The translations under genes were made by a program, and so were the position numbers. From the NCBI GenBank assembly GCA_964448725.1, contig CAYVAJ010000001.1, positions 135,525 to 199,524 on the forward strand: 64,000 nt of DNA, written 5' to 3'. Below the pieces are notes generated by a model, which was given only the letters and a program-made list of their open reading frames with translations, was not told the DNA's origin and made no database searches. Position 1 is the first letter of the stretch. Each line of letters opens with the position of its first letter. Of the stretch, positions 17,334-27,196 are shown piece by piece. Origin of the DNA: an uncultured Gammaproteobacteria bacterium (GTDB lineage Bacteria > Patescibacteriota > Microgenomatia > Levybacterales > GWA1-39-11).

Positions 17334-18692
17334 ATTAAGTTGATTTCCAATTCCCTCAGCATTGACTGCAATACTCTTCTTTAAATTGCATTCTTTTAAT
17401 ACTCTTTCTTTCACAATAATCTCGTCAATAATTGGTTCATGGATATTGAACTGTGGGTAATAAGCTCCGTGGGATACAATCATAGAATTTTTATTAATTG
17501 CATCAGTAGTAAGTTTTTTTGCATCAAGAATCCCCTTGCGATACAAGTTAGTATTAGTGTCTGTAATATTATTGAGTAATGAGGTATTTGTTTTAAATGC
17601 AAGAAGCGGAGTAATGTCATTAGGCCCATACAGGTATGTTGGTTTTGCAGATGTTATTTCTTGAACTAATGGCTGTATATCGACTTTTTGTAACAAATGA
17701 AAATTTCCTGAAAAATACATACCAAGATTAATTCCTGCAATTACACACGCAATTGTAGGTAACACGAGTCTCTGTAGTGAGAAAACAGTCTGTATTTTTT
17801 CTGCATAAATACTAATAGAAACGACTGTTATGGGAAGCAGAAAATTGAGATATAGAAAATAAATATCCTGATAAAATGCAATAAATACGATCGAGAATAG
17901 AGAAAAAAGTGCAAAAAATAGATGCTTTTTATACATAAAAAGGTTAATAATGAATACTACAAAAATGACTAAATCGTGTAGTGCAAAGAACTGAATTACT
18001 GCAAATTTTTCTATTCCAGCTCCTCTGGTTAAAGAGTATCCGACAATATCTGCAAATAATTCATTTGAGGCTAAAATAAGAAATGGTAAGAGCACAACAA
18101 TGCCTGTACTGCCTGCACCGAGAATGAATTTAATGAGAGTATTCCACTGACGAGTGAGCATATAATATGCAAAATAGGCTGCTGCTAATGGTAAAAAATA
18201 AGCTTTAGTGAGTATAGTACAGGCAGTAAGAACTCCTATCAGGAAGCCTCTTTTTTTTAGAAAAAAAAGATACGAAAGAATGGTAAATAATGATGCAAGA
18301 AATACTCCGGATTGGTGATCTGTTGTTGCAAGCAGCATAAATGAGAATAAATACAGTATTTGTCCTGAAAATGCTATAACACGCTTTTTTGTCATCATAT
18401 AGATTGCTGCATAAATAAGAAAAGAGGTAATGCTGGATTCTATTGCTGATGAAAAATAAAAAGCCTCGATATTATTACCTGTCAACAAAAGATACAGAGA
18501 TGAGATATATGGAAAAAGAGGAAAATTGGTGAAAAAGATATCACGATATAAAAGGTCACCAGTAAGGATTTTCCAGGCAGTATAGAAATATACATTGGTA
18601 TCTGATAGACGAATACTCAGTGTAGAAAGTTTTATGAATAAAAAAATTGCCGTTGGGATAAGAGCAACTGCATGGAGATTAAAAATTTTCAT
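17316..18692 (-). CDS. Polytopic membrane protein with C-terminal soluble domain, possibly GT-C-like
   Basis: 458-aa ORF, about 10 TM helices in the N-terminal 300 aa, soluble C-terminal 150 aa. No firm motif. Confidence 0.5.
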   Translation of the reverse strand: MKIFNLHAVALIPTAIFLFIKLSTLSIRLSDTNVYFYTAWKILTGDLLYRDIFFTNFPLFPYISSLYLLLTGNNIEAFYFSSAIESSITSFLIYAAIYMMTKKRVIAFSGQILYLFSFMLLATTDHQSGVFLASLFTILSYLFFLKKRGFLIGVLTACTILTKAYFLPLAAAYFAYYMLTRQWNTLIKFILGAGSTGIVVLLPFLILASNELFADIVGYSLTRGAGIEKFAVIQFFALHDLVIFVVFIINLFMYKKHLFFALFSLFSIVFIAFYQDIYFLYLNFLLPITVVSISIYAEKIQTVFSLQRLVLPTIACVIAGINLGMYFSGNFHLLQKVDIQPLVQEITSAKPTYLYGPNDITPLLAFKTNTSLLNNITDTNTNLYRKGILDAKKLTTDAINKNSMIVSHGAYYPQFNIHEPIIDEIIVKERVLKECNLKKSIAVNAEGIGNQLNLFHCF

Positions 18693-19718
18693 TTATGTAA
18701 AATGCTTTTTAAGTCTGAGCAATGTCCATCGGAGCACGTCTGTTCCTTGATATATTTTATATAATGCTGGCTGTAACACAAAATCGTAACTGCCAATAAA
18801 TTCAGTTAGTGTTGCACCGTAATTTTGTTTAAATCGATGAAACCCATACCAGGGATCATCAGAGTTAGGATCAGGTCCTAATGCTCCCCACATATCAAAT
18901 TGTTCTAACCCTAGTTTCTTACCAAACTTAATTGCTTCCCACATGATAAGATTTGAGGCCATTTTATCGCGGTGCGAACTTGCTGATGCACCATACGGAT
19001 AATACAGCGTGTTATTAAATACAAATAAAATCCATGAGGCAAGTGTCTCATTCTCAAATTTTGCAGTTAGGAGATGGGAACTTAATACATTTTTATGCGC
19101 AGTATGTGGTAGTGTCTCCCACTGAAGAGTATGATATCGGTGTGAATGAGCATAAAATTTTTGCCGATGAGTTGTTTCATCAGTAAGTTTTAAATACGTA
19201 TTAAAGGCTTTCTCAGTATTTTCTTCTGATACAGTTACTCCTTTCCTCTGGGCGACTCGGATGTTATATCTGGTTTTGTGGTGCATATTTGCAAGCAGCT
19301 CTTCTTCACTTTTTGTTATATCAAGCAAAAAGGTAAAACGAGTGAATAAAGGATGATGTGAAGGTCGTAGTCCTAACTGTGAACTATGAACTGTGAACTG
19401 TGAACTACGAACTATGTTTGGTTCCAGTTGAATAAAAATACATTTGTGTTTACGTCCTATTGTTTCTAGTGCATGTAACATCTCTTTTGTAGGAAGATTT
19501 CCTTTTGGAACATAGCCAATGGTAAAAGGTGTATGAGGAATAGAATGGATCGTTACGGTGAATGCATCTGCTAAGTTGCCGTTTCTTTCCAGCCCTTGCC
19601 GCACAACTATTACTCCTGTTTTTGTGCGAAATTCTCCCCATTCAAATGACTGTAATGGGTGTGTCACTCGTGTATTGTACTCTTGCCGGTATTTTTCAGT
19701 AATATCAATAATTTTCAT
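18693..19718 (-). CDS. FemAB-family aminoacyl-tRNA-dependent peptidoglycan interpeptide-bridge transferase
   Basis: Overall FemX/FemA-like pattern: WGEF, IGYVPKG, C-terminal RFKQNYGAT, YYPYGAS. Contains a 42-nt imperfect heptanucleotide repeat (see findings). Confidence 0.75.
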   Translation of the reverse strand: MKIIDITEKYRQEYNTRVTHPLQSFEWGEFRTKTGVIVVRQGLERNGNLADAFTVTIHSIPHTPFTIGYVPKGNLPTKEMLHALETIGRKHKCIFIQLEPNIVRSSQFTVHSSQLGLRPSHHPLFTRFTFLLDITKSEEELLANMHHKTRYNIRVAQRKGVTVSEENTEKAFNTYLKLTDETTHRQKFYAHSHRYHTLQWETLPHTAHKNVLSSHLLTAKFENETLASWILFVFNNTLYYPYGASASSHRDKMASNLIMWEAIKFGKKLGLEQFDMWGALGPDPNSDDPWYGFHRFKQNYGATLTEFIGSYDFVLQPALYKIYQGTDVLRWTLLRLKKHFT

Positions 19719-21575
19719 CTAAAATAAATCAGGATCGGTTATCTCATAACCCCGTAAGTTTTTTTCAAGTACTTTCATAGGGAGCTCCATGATGAAGCGT
19801 GATACTGTTGGAGTTATGCGCTGGCCAAAAAATAATCGTCTTTTGGCAAATGTGAGAATTAAAGTTGTTTTTGCCCTTGTAATTCCAACATAACACAATC
19901 TTCTCTCCTCTTCCAGTTCTGATGTGTCGTAGAGTGCTTGACTATGAGGAAAGATCCCTTCTTCCATACCTATCATAAATACCATTGCAAACTCAAGTCC
20001 TTTTGCTGCATGCAGTGTCATAAGAGTAATAGCATTAGGCCGTCTGGCTCCCTTCATTGATTTATCTGATGCATATTCTTGCTCTACTAATGCCACATTT
20101 TGCAGGAACTCTATAAGTTTTGGAAACTCAAGCGCAACAGACCGGAGTTCGCGAATGTTTTCAAGCCGTGCTTCATCTTCAGGATCATTGTGGTCATACA
20201 TTTCAAGATATTGTGTTTTCCGTAATACTTCATCCAAAATATCGATAGTGGCTTTTGTCTCTCCAAAATTTCCTTGATCAAATTCAACCAAGTATTCTAA
20301 GAAATAGGATAGACGTTTTTTGCCGAGTTTGCTGATTCGTTTGAGTGCAACTGCGTCTTTTTGGGTAGCAAGGTAGGAAAGATATGAGAGTACATCCTTA
20401 ATTTCTTTTCGTTCATAGAACCTGAGTCCTCCTATAAGTACATACGGAATTCCATGGTGTAGCAACACTTCCTCAATAGTGCGAGACTGTGCATTCATTC
20501 GGTATAAAATAGCCACATCTGCATAGGTCATTTCTGGATTTTGGTCCATGGTACGATGAATAAGACGGATAATCTGCTCAACTTCTTGGTGCTCATTTTC
20601 GGTTTGTACGATGCGTAAGTCCTCTCCAGTTGGATTCTCTGTCCACAAATTAAGAACAGGATGGGACGTGTTATTCGATATGACACTATATGCAGCATCT
20701 AGGATGTTTTGAGTTGAACGATAATTTTGCGAGAGAGGAAATACTTGTGCGTGTGGAAAATCTTGTTGAAATTTCTTGAGATTGCGAAAGTCAGCTCCTC
20801 TGAAACTATAAATACTCTGAGAAAAATCTCCAACGATACAGACATTATGATATTTATCTGAGAGCATCTTGGTTAGTTCATATTGTGCATGGTTGGTGTC
20901 TTGATATTCATCTATAAGGATATAACGGAACTGGTCTTGGTATTTTTCCAAAATTTCAGGATGTGTGCGAAAAAGCCTGATCGTTTCAAGCATGAGATCG
21001 TCAAAGTCAAGTGCCTCACGATCACGCATTAACTGCTGATAGAGGGGGTAAATTTTTGCGACTGCTTCTTGAAATCTGCCCCGTGCAAAAGAAGCATAAG
21101 TTACAGGATCAATAAGCTGATTTTTGTTCTGTGATATAGCCGATAAAACAGAACGGGGCTTTGCATCTTTTACTGACATGGAGAGTTGTGACATGGCGTC
21201 TTTAACTGTTTGTTGTTGATCAGAGGTATCATAAATGAGATAGTTACGAGATATATTAATTGCTTCCCCGTCAACTCTCAGAATTCGGGCACATAAGGAG
21301 TGAAATGTTCCGACAGTTGGTGGAGAGAGTACCTGACCAGGTGTTTGTAGAGCGTTCATAATTCTCTCTTTCATTTCACCAGCAGCTTTATTTGTGAATG
21401 TCATCATCAAAATGTTGTGTGGGGCAATATGTTTTTCCTGAATAAGATACAGTACTTTGTGTACCAATACTCTGGTTTTACCGCTTCCTGCACCAGCTAG
21501 AATAATAGTTGGCCCATCAGTTGCAAGGACTGCTTTTTTTTGTTCTTCATTTAATTTATTGAGAATTGTGCTCAT
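19719..21575 (-). CDS. uvrD: UvrD/PcrA-family ATP-dependent DNA helicase
   Basis: LNEEQKKAV, Walker A AGAGSGKTRVL, FTNKAAGEM, DEYQDTN, QNYRST and VGITRAK helicase motifs Q through VI. Confidence 0.9.
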   Translation of the reverse strand: MSTILNKLNEEQKKAVLATDGPTIILAGAGSGKTRVLVHKVLYLIQEKHIAPHNILMMTFTNKAAGEMKERIMNALQTPGQVLSPPTVGTFHSLCARILRVDGEAINISRNYLIYDTSDQQQTVKDAMSQLSMSVKDAKPRSVLSAISQNKNQLIDPVTYASFARGRFQEAVAKIYPLYQQLMRDREALDFDDLMLETIRLFRTHPEILEKYQDQFRYILIDEYQDTNHAQYELTKMLSDKYHNVCIVGDFSQSIYSFRGADFRNLKKFQQDFPHAQVFPLSQNYRSTQNILDAAYSVISNNTSHPVLNLWTENPTGEDLRIVQTENEHQEVEQIIRLIHRTMDQNPEMTYADVAILYRMNAQSRTIEEVLLHHGIPYVLIGGLRFYERKEIKDVLSYLSYLATQKDAVALKRISKLGKKRLSYFLEYLVEFDQGNFGETKATIDILDEVLRKTQYLEMYDHNDPEDEARLENIRELRSVALEFPKLIEFLQNVALVEQEYASDKSMKGARRPNAITLMTLHAAKGLEFAMVFMIGMEEGIFPHSQALYDTSELEEERRLCYVGITRAKTTLILTFAKRRLFFGQRITPTVSRFIMELPMKVLEKNLRGYEITDPDLF

Positions 21576-21672
21576 ATATTGCTATAATACTTTGAGGAGA
21601 GGTATCATTTATTATATTCGTACGAGCCCATAGATACAACCATTGAGTCTATAACACAATTTTCCATAATCC

Positions 21673-22350
21673 ATGAAAAATATTATTGCTGCCAACTGGA
21701 AATCACATAAGATAACAAGTGAAACACAAAATTTCTTTGAGTATCTTGATCAAAATAAAGAGAGACTTTCTTCTGCAGCAACAGAGATCCTTATCTGTCC
21801 TCCTTTTTCTAGTTTGTTTGTTGCTCGACAATCGATTGACGAGCATGCGCTGCCTATATTACTTGGAGCACAAAATTGTTCGCCTTTTCCTCAAGGAGCA
21901 TATACTGGAGAAATTGCAGCAAATCAGGTTAAAGAGTTTGCCCAGTATGTGATCATCGGGCATTCAGAAAGACGTAATAATTTTCATGAAGATGAAGCTG
22001 TTATTGAACAGAAAGTGAAACAAGCGCGAGATGCAGGATTGCATATTATTCTCTGCGTGCAAGATGAACACGCAGTGGTATATGAAGGTGTTGATACAGT
22101 TGCATATGAGCCAATTGGGGCAATCGGTACAGGAAAGCCTGATGATCCTTCTCATGTTGCTCACGTACTGCAAATACTTCATGAAAAGTATCCGTCTGTA
22201 CGATTACTCTATGGTGGTAGTGTTGATAAAAATTCGATTCATGCGTATACACAAATTTCACAGCTAAACGGCTTTCTTGTTGGTGGAGCAAGTCTAGATG
22301 CTGAATCATTTCTCACACTTATAGCAGCATGCGACACAAAAAACTCTTAA
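21673..22350 (+). CDS. tpiA: Triose-phosphate isomerase
   Basis: IAANWKSHK, IIGHSERR and AYEPIGAIGTGK catalytic motifs. Confidence 0.9.
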   Translation: MKNIIAANWKSHKITSETQNFFEYLDQNKERLSSAATEILICPPFSSLFVARQSIDEHALPILLGAQNCSPFPQGAYTGEIAANQVKEFAQYVIIGHSERRNNFHEDEAVIEQKVKQARDAGLHIILCVQDEHAVVYEGVDTVAYEPIGAIGTGKPDDPSHVAHVLQILHEKYPSVRLLYGGSVDKNSIHAYTQISQLNGFLVGGASLDAESFLTLIAACDTKNS

Positions 22351-23459
22351 TAGCAGCAATTATTGTTGTGATAATTTTTGTGCTTGGATTTAAATATCTT
22401 CGAGCAGGGATTCCTTTCTTATACGAATTATTTGTAAAAAAAGATGAAATCCAACTCAAGCGAGAAGAACAACACTCATTGAATATTTTGCTACTCGGGA
22501 TAGGAGGAGCAAATCATGAAGGACCAAATCTCTCTGATACGATTATTCTTGCGAATATTAACCCCCAAAAAAATGAGGTAAATATGTTCTCTCTCCCTCG
22601 TGATCTTTGGATTCCACAATTAAAAGATAGAATTAATTCTGCCTATGCCTATGGTGAAGAAAAAGATAAAAAAGGCATGTTGTTAGCATCGACAGTTGTT
22701 GAGAAAGTAACAGGCCAGCCAGTAGACTATGTGTTCGTGATCGATTTTTCAGGTTTTGTAAAAGGAGTTGATCATATGGGAGGAATTGATGTTGAAGTTG
22801 CTCGTACATTAGATGATTATGCCTACCCTATTGCAGGAAAAGAGAATGATCTGTGTGGACATACACCTGAGGATGTGGATGCACTTGTTGCAACTGCAGA
22901 GGCAGAGCTGGGATTAGAGGTGTTCCCGTGTCGGTATAAGCATGTTCATGTTGAAAAAGGGCAACAACACATGAATGGACAGCAAGCGCTTGAGTTTGTG
23001 AGATCACGGCACGCGATTGGGGAAGAAGGATCAGATTTTGCTAGAAGTCGCCGTCAACAAGAAGTGATTGCAGCTGTTCGGAAAAAGGCGCTGTCACTGG
23101 GAATTCTGCTTAATCCAGTAAAAGTATTAGGGTTGGTAAATATTGTTCAAGAAAATATAAATACAGATATAAAAAAAGAAGAATATGATGACTTTATCAA
23201 ACTTGCAAATAAAATGGAAAATGTCACAATCAAAAGCCATGTAATTGGTATGGCAGAAAGTGATCAAGAATATGGTCTGCTCATTAACCCAACTCCATCA
23301 GAAGAATATCAGTACAAGTGGGTACTGACTCCTCGAAAAGGGAGTGGGGATTTTTCAGAATTACATGCATATATTGAGTGTGTACTAAAAGGGAATAATT
23401 GTGAAATTACTAAGACAGGAATACGTACTGCCACGGATGCGGCCTCACTAGTACATTAA
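22329..23459 (+). CDS. LytR-CpsA-Psr (LCP) family cell-wall polymer transferase
   Basis: N-terminal TM, then LNILLLGIGGANHEGPNLSDTIILANINP..FSLPRDLW, the LCP core. Overlaps tpiA stop by 22 nt. Confidence 0.85.
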   Translation: MRHKKLLIAAIIVVIIFVLGFKYLRAGIPFLYELFVKKDEIQLKREEQHSLNILLLGIGGANHEGPNLSDTIILANINPQKNEVNMFSLPRDLWIPQLKDRINSAYAYGEEKDKKGMLLASTVVEKVTGQPVDYVFVIDFSGFVKGVDHMGGIDVEVARTLDDYAYPIAGKENDLCGHTPEDVDALVATAEAELGLEVFPCRYKHVHVEKGQQHMNGQQALEFVRSRHAIGEEGSDFARSRRQQEVIAAVRKKALSLGILLNPVKVLGLVNIVQENINTDIKKEEYDDFIKLANKMENVTIKSHVIGMAESDQEYGLLINPTPSEEYQYKWVLTPRKGSGDFSELHAYIECVLKGNNCEITKTGIRTATDAASLVH

Positions 23460-25594
23460 TTAGTAATTTTATAAATTGTTACTGTATTGTTTTTATATAC
23501 AACTTTTCCAAGTGTTTTAAATTTTTCTTCAGATAAATGAGTATATTTTTGTTTTTCAAGGTCGCCAATGTAGACATATTCAATGCCATACTTTCGTACT
23601 AATTCTTGTGTCGTAGCTAGAGAGGATGTTTCATATAGTATCCGTATATCCTCAATTCGCGGTGCAGGAATATCATAGCTTCCTCGCCAAAGCCATTCAT
23701 GCACTGTCCATCCCAGTACTGTGGGAAGACCGGTATTAACAGATATGCGCGCATAATCAGTATATGAATCACCGTGTGATTCAAGAATAATTGGTTGTCC
23801 TGTGATAGTATTGTTCAGCCATGTAATTGCTTCATAATCTGAAGGATACCGATCTTTAAGATAAGCAGTACCATCAAGTCCTTGGTAAAGCGAAAGATTA
23901 TTATAATAGGAATGAATTGCAAAACGCGGATATAACAGTACTAATGCAATGAGTAACACTGATACAGCTGTGAGTACAATATTTTTCTTTGGTTTTATTA
24001 CCGTTGTTGCTACGACTGCACTGACGAGTGAGAGCATAATAAATGCTTGGTAAGTGAGCTTAAACATGGTATTTGCCCGGTAATGATCAGGGTAGATATC
24101 TTTTATATAGGCAAATTCAGGAATAATAATAAGTACTGTCGCTACAAGAGCCAGAATAATACAAAAAACATATGCAGGCTTTATACGATCTTTTGTACTT
24201 TTCCATAGTGCTATAAACAGGGTTATAACAAAAAAATAGAAGAAACCATATAATACCAACAACATCCACCACTCTGATCGTTGACAGTGATCTTGCTCAA
24301 ACAGAAAAGGACCGATTGCACCATAATTTGTTAAAAAATCTGGGGCACACAAGATTCCAATACCTGAGGCAAATGGTTTAAAATGCAGACTAAATGGAAG
24401 AGTAAATGCGAGTGCACTCAGGATAATAAGAATGAATGGTCTCAGACCGTCAAGTACTATATGCGAAAAAAATGATTCATCTGAATATTTCTTCTTCTTA
24501 TTCTTCAAAGCAAACACTGATTTTTTTTGTAGGAGTAAATAGCCAAGTGTTACTCCTGTCAGAATACTATAAATTCCAAAATCAAGGACATTTGTCATAT
24601 ACATGATCGAAAGCAAAAAACCTAGAAAAATCACTTTCAAATAAGAAAGTTTTTTTGTTTGAATAAGAGTAAAAAGAAATGCAATACAGGTGAGGACGAC
24701 AGGAATATCAAATACATGTCCATGGAGATCTGAGACAACAAACGAATAGAGAGGGAATTCGTGAATCGTATTCGGTATAAAACGTGTTGCGTTTGGATAC
24801 CAGTACCCGTTTGATAAAATCCCAAATGGTTTAAAAGCAAGATCCCAGAATGGAACAGGATTTTCTGATGGAACATATGATGCAAAAAATGCATACAGTA
24901 TATGAAGATTTCCAGATACACTAACAAGGAGTGCTGCTAGTGTTGCAGTAAGAATACTTTTAATAATAGAGAGTTTGAGATTTTGTGCTAATGCATAGCC
25001 GATTGAAAAACTTGTTCCAACGGTAAGTGCAAATAACGTAGCAACCATTAAGTTATACGTATAATTTGAGGGAAGAAAAGAAAGTTTTGTCAACACTGCG
25101 GTTATTAAATGTCCAAAGTAATAATAATTAATTGAAAATGGTGGGAACCACATATCTAAAGGAGGAAAGTATTCACTGCGTAAAATCGAGTTAATGAATC
25201 CAAAATCCATAAATTTTTCCAGACCATTAATACTTGGTTCATGACTACGCACATAACTCCATAATGCAAGTGCTACAAAGAAAAGGATCTCTTCGCCAAT
25301 CCATATAAGAAATGTCTTTTTAGAAATAGTTTTTACCTGTTTTTTAAATAAAATAACATTGAGAATTAAGATACTTCCGGTTATCAGTAAAAGAGATGGT
25401 GCCGAAAACGGAAGAACTTTAAGTGTCCCAAGAAGAAACATGATATATGATAAAAGAAGCGCTGCAATAACCTTTGAGAATAAATATCCTTTATCTGCAA
25501 ACGATGCAAAGATTATCATAGTAATAGGTAAGGAGATAAGTCCGAGTAATAAAAGCACTCCGTACCATTGAAAAAATATGGTGATATCAGTCAT
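23456..25594 (-). CDS. Chlor_Arch_YYY (DUF2298)-type large polytopic membrane protein, putative GT-C-like glycosyltransferase
   Basis: 712 aa, more than 12 TM helices. Motif FPPFSINYYYFGH (the YYY signature) at the expected N-proximal position. C-terminal soluble domain. Confidence 0.65.
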   Translation of the reverse strand: MTDITIFFQWYGVLLLLGLISLPITMIIFASFADKGYLFSKVIAALLLSYIMFLLGTLKVLPFSAPSLLLITGSILILNVILFKKQVKTISKKTFLIWIGEEILFFVALALWSYVRSHEPSINGLEKFMDFGFINSILRSEYFPPLDMWFPPFSINYYYFGHLITAVLTKLSFLPSNYTYNLMVATLFALTVGTSFSIGYALAQNLKLSIIKSILTATLAALLVSVSGNLHILYAFFASYVPSENPVPFWDLAFKPFGILSNGYWYPNATRFIPNTIHEFPLYSFVVSDLHGHVFDIPVVLTCIAFLFTLIQTKKLSYLKVIFLGFLLSIMYMTNVLDFGIYSILTGVTLGYLLLQKKSVFALKNKKKKYSDESFFSHIVLDGLRPFILIILSALAFTLPFSLHFKPFASGIGILCAPDFLTNYGAIGPFLFEQDHCQRSEWWMLLVLYGFFYFFVITLFIALWKSTKDRIKPAYVFCIILALVATVLIIIPEFAYIKDIYPDHYRANTMFKLTYQAFIMLSLVSAVVATTVIKPKKNIVLTAVSVLLIALVLLYPRFAIHSYYNNLSLYQGLDGTAYLKDRYPSDYEAITWLNNTITGQPIILESHGDSYTDYARISVNTGLPTVLGWTVHEWLWRGSYDIPAPRIEDIRILYETSSLATTQELVRKYGIEYVYIGDLEKQKYTHLSEEKFKTLGKVVYKNNTVTIYKITN

Positions 25595-26148
25595 AGTCCT
25601 TTAATGTCTAAAGCAGTAGTAATTTTTTGTATGTTCTCAAATGGAATATATCGCTTTGATATCTTACTGGGATTAATCCAATAGAATTGGATTGTTGGAT
25701 TATTCTTGGCAAGGTACATAAGCAGATCAAGGTCGTCATCGACAAAATGGGTGAGATGGAGTTTTTTTATCATTCTGTCCTTAAAAATATGAGGCTGTTC
25801 ATTTTGGAAGTTAAAATGTATTTCTTGAAAATATTTTTTAAGATTATATTTGTTAAGCCAATGATTTGTTCGTTTCTCTAAAAATCCAAATCTGCCTGAT
25901 ATAAGAAAAATAGGAGTATTTTTCTTTGAAAGTTTTTTTACTACTTCTATATTCTCATTCATTGGATGGCGAAAGGGAGGAAAATGGGAGAGGATTCTAA
26001 TTTTTTGTTCAATAGATCCTGGAAAGCGGTATTTAAGTGTTTTACTGCGTTTTTTATAAATCCAATTAATAAATAAATCTGGTATAAGTGGTGGATAATT
26101 CACTAATACTTTATCAAAATCAAAGCCAATTCGAACCTTCTTTTTCAT
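25591..26148 (-). CDS. HAD-superfamily hydrolase-like protein
   Basis: Motif I IGFDFDKVL (DxDx[TV]), later ISGRF and terminal FVDDDLD consistent with HAD motifs I-IV. Weak overall. Confidence 0.45.
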   Translation of the reverse strand: MKKKVRIGFDFDKVLVNYPPLIPDLFINWIYKKRSKTLKYRFPGSIEQKIRILSHFPPFRHPMNENIEVVKKLSKKNTPIFLISGRFGFLEKRTNHWLNKYNLKKYFQEIHFNFQNEQPHIFKDRMIKKLHLTHFVDDDLDLLMYLAKNNPTIQFYWINPSKISKRYIPFENIQKITTALDIKGL

Positions 26149-27191
26149 ACAAATCGATTGAGGAGATTAAGTAATTTAAAATTCCAAATTGTCCTGTGAG
26201 TTGTCCCAGTTGCTCCAATAAATTCTTCTCTGTGTTTTTTATACCAATCATAACTTTCAATCAAAATTTCTTTATTTGATTTTGTTGGTTTGAAACGTAA
26301 ATACTTTTGCGCTTTTTCTATTGAAACATATGAATCTACTGGTAGTGTTTTATAATGCCAAGCAACAATTGGAGAAAGATTAAGCTTTTCAAGTATGGAA
26401 AGGATCGCTTGTGAAGCTTTTACGGGGAAACTTACAATTTTTGATTGAGATTTTGCATGTGTTATCAATGCACCAAGGTCTTTTGCCCACGTATCAAATC
26501 TATCAGTTCCGACATTAAATATTTCTCCGCTTTTTCTTGAAAGGAGTGCTGATTCAACTGCTTGACAAAGATCTGTTACTTCAAGTAACTGATATACATT
26601 GTGTCCTTTTCCCAGCATAAATACTGGTTTATTTGAATAAATTGCTTCAAACCATAATGTGAAAACACCAAGTCTCTCAGGACCTAAAAATGTTTTAGGA
26701 CGTAAAATATTTACTTTTAGTCCTTTTTTATGATACTGCAGACAAAGTCGTTCTCCTAACTGCTTTGATTCACCATAATGGCCGATTGGACTAACAGGAT
26801 CTGTCTCTTTTTCAGGAAGATGTTGTGGTACTCCATATAATGCAGTGCTGGAAATAAATACCAGCCGTTTTACTTTTTCTTTCAATGAAACAGCAAGGAC
26901 ATTTTTTGTTCCAGTGACATTAATATCCATAATAGTCTTACGGTCATGATGAATAGGAAGTGCTGCAGCTGCATGAACAACATAATGAGGTTTATGTTTT
27001 TTAAAAATTTCTGAAAGCTTTTTTTTATTGCGAATATCAATTGATTCGACTATTGCTTTTCCAACAAGATCCTTTGCAGTAAGAGGTTCTATATCAAGCA
27101 AAACTACATGATACTTTTTTTTGAGAAAAAATCGGGCTAAATATACTCCTAAAAATCCGGTTCCGCCGGTAATTAGTACAGTTCTCTGCAT
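26145..27191 (-). CDS. NAD-dependent sugar epimerase/dehydratase (extended SDR)
   Basis: Rossmann TGGTGFLG at N-terminus, catalytic YGESK (YxxxK). Confidence 0.85.
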   Translation of the reverse strand: MQRTVLITGGTGFLGVYLARFFLKKKYHVVLLDIEPLTAKDLVGKAIVESIDIRNKKKLSEIFKKHKPHYVVHAAAALPIHHDRKTIMDINVTGTKNVLAVSLKEKVKRLVFISSTALYGVPQHLPEKETDPVSPIGHYGESKQLGERLCLQYHKKGLKVNILRPKTFLGPERLGVFTLWFEAIYSNKPVFMLGKGHNVYQLLEVTDLCQAVESALLSRKSGEIFNVGTDRFDTWAKDLGALITHAKSQSKIVSFPVKASQAILSILEKLNLSPIVAWHYKTLPVDSYVSIEKAQKYLRFKPTKSNKEILIESYDWYKKHREEFIGATGTTHRTIWNFKLLNLLNRFV

Positions 27192-27196
27192 GCATG

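Noticed and set aside
19719-21575. UvrD/PcrA (618 aa), MetRS (475 aa) and HrcA (240 aa) as truncated pseudogenes
   Set aside because: All retain complete catalytic motif sets in order, have intact starts and stops, and are tightly packed with neighbours. Shortness is taken to reflect reduced-genome protein architecture rather than decay.
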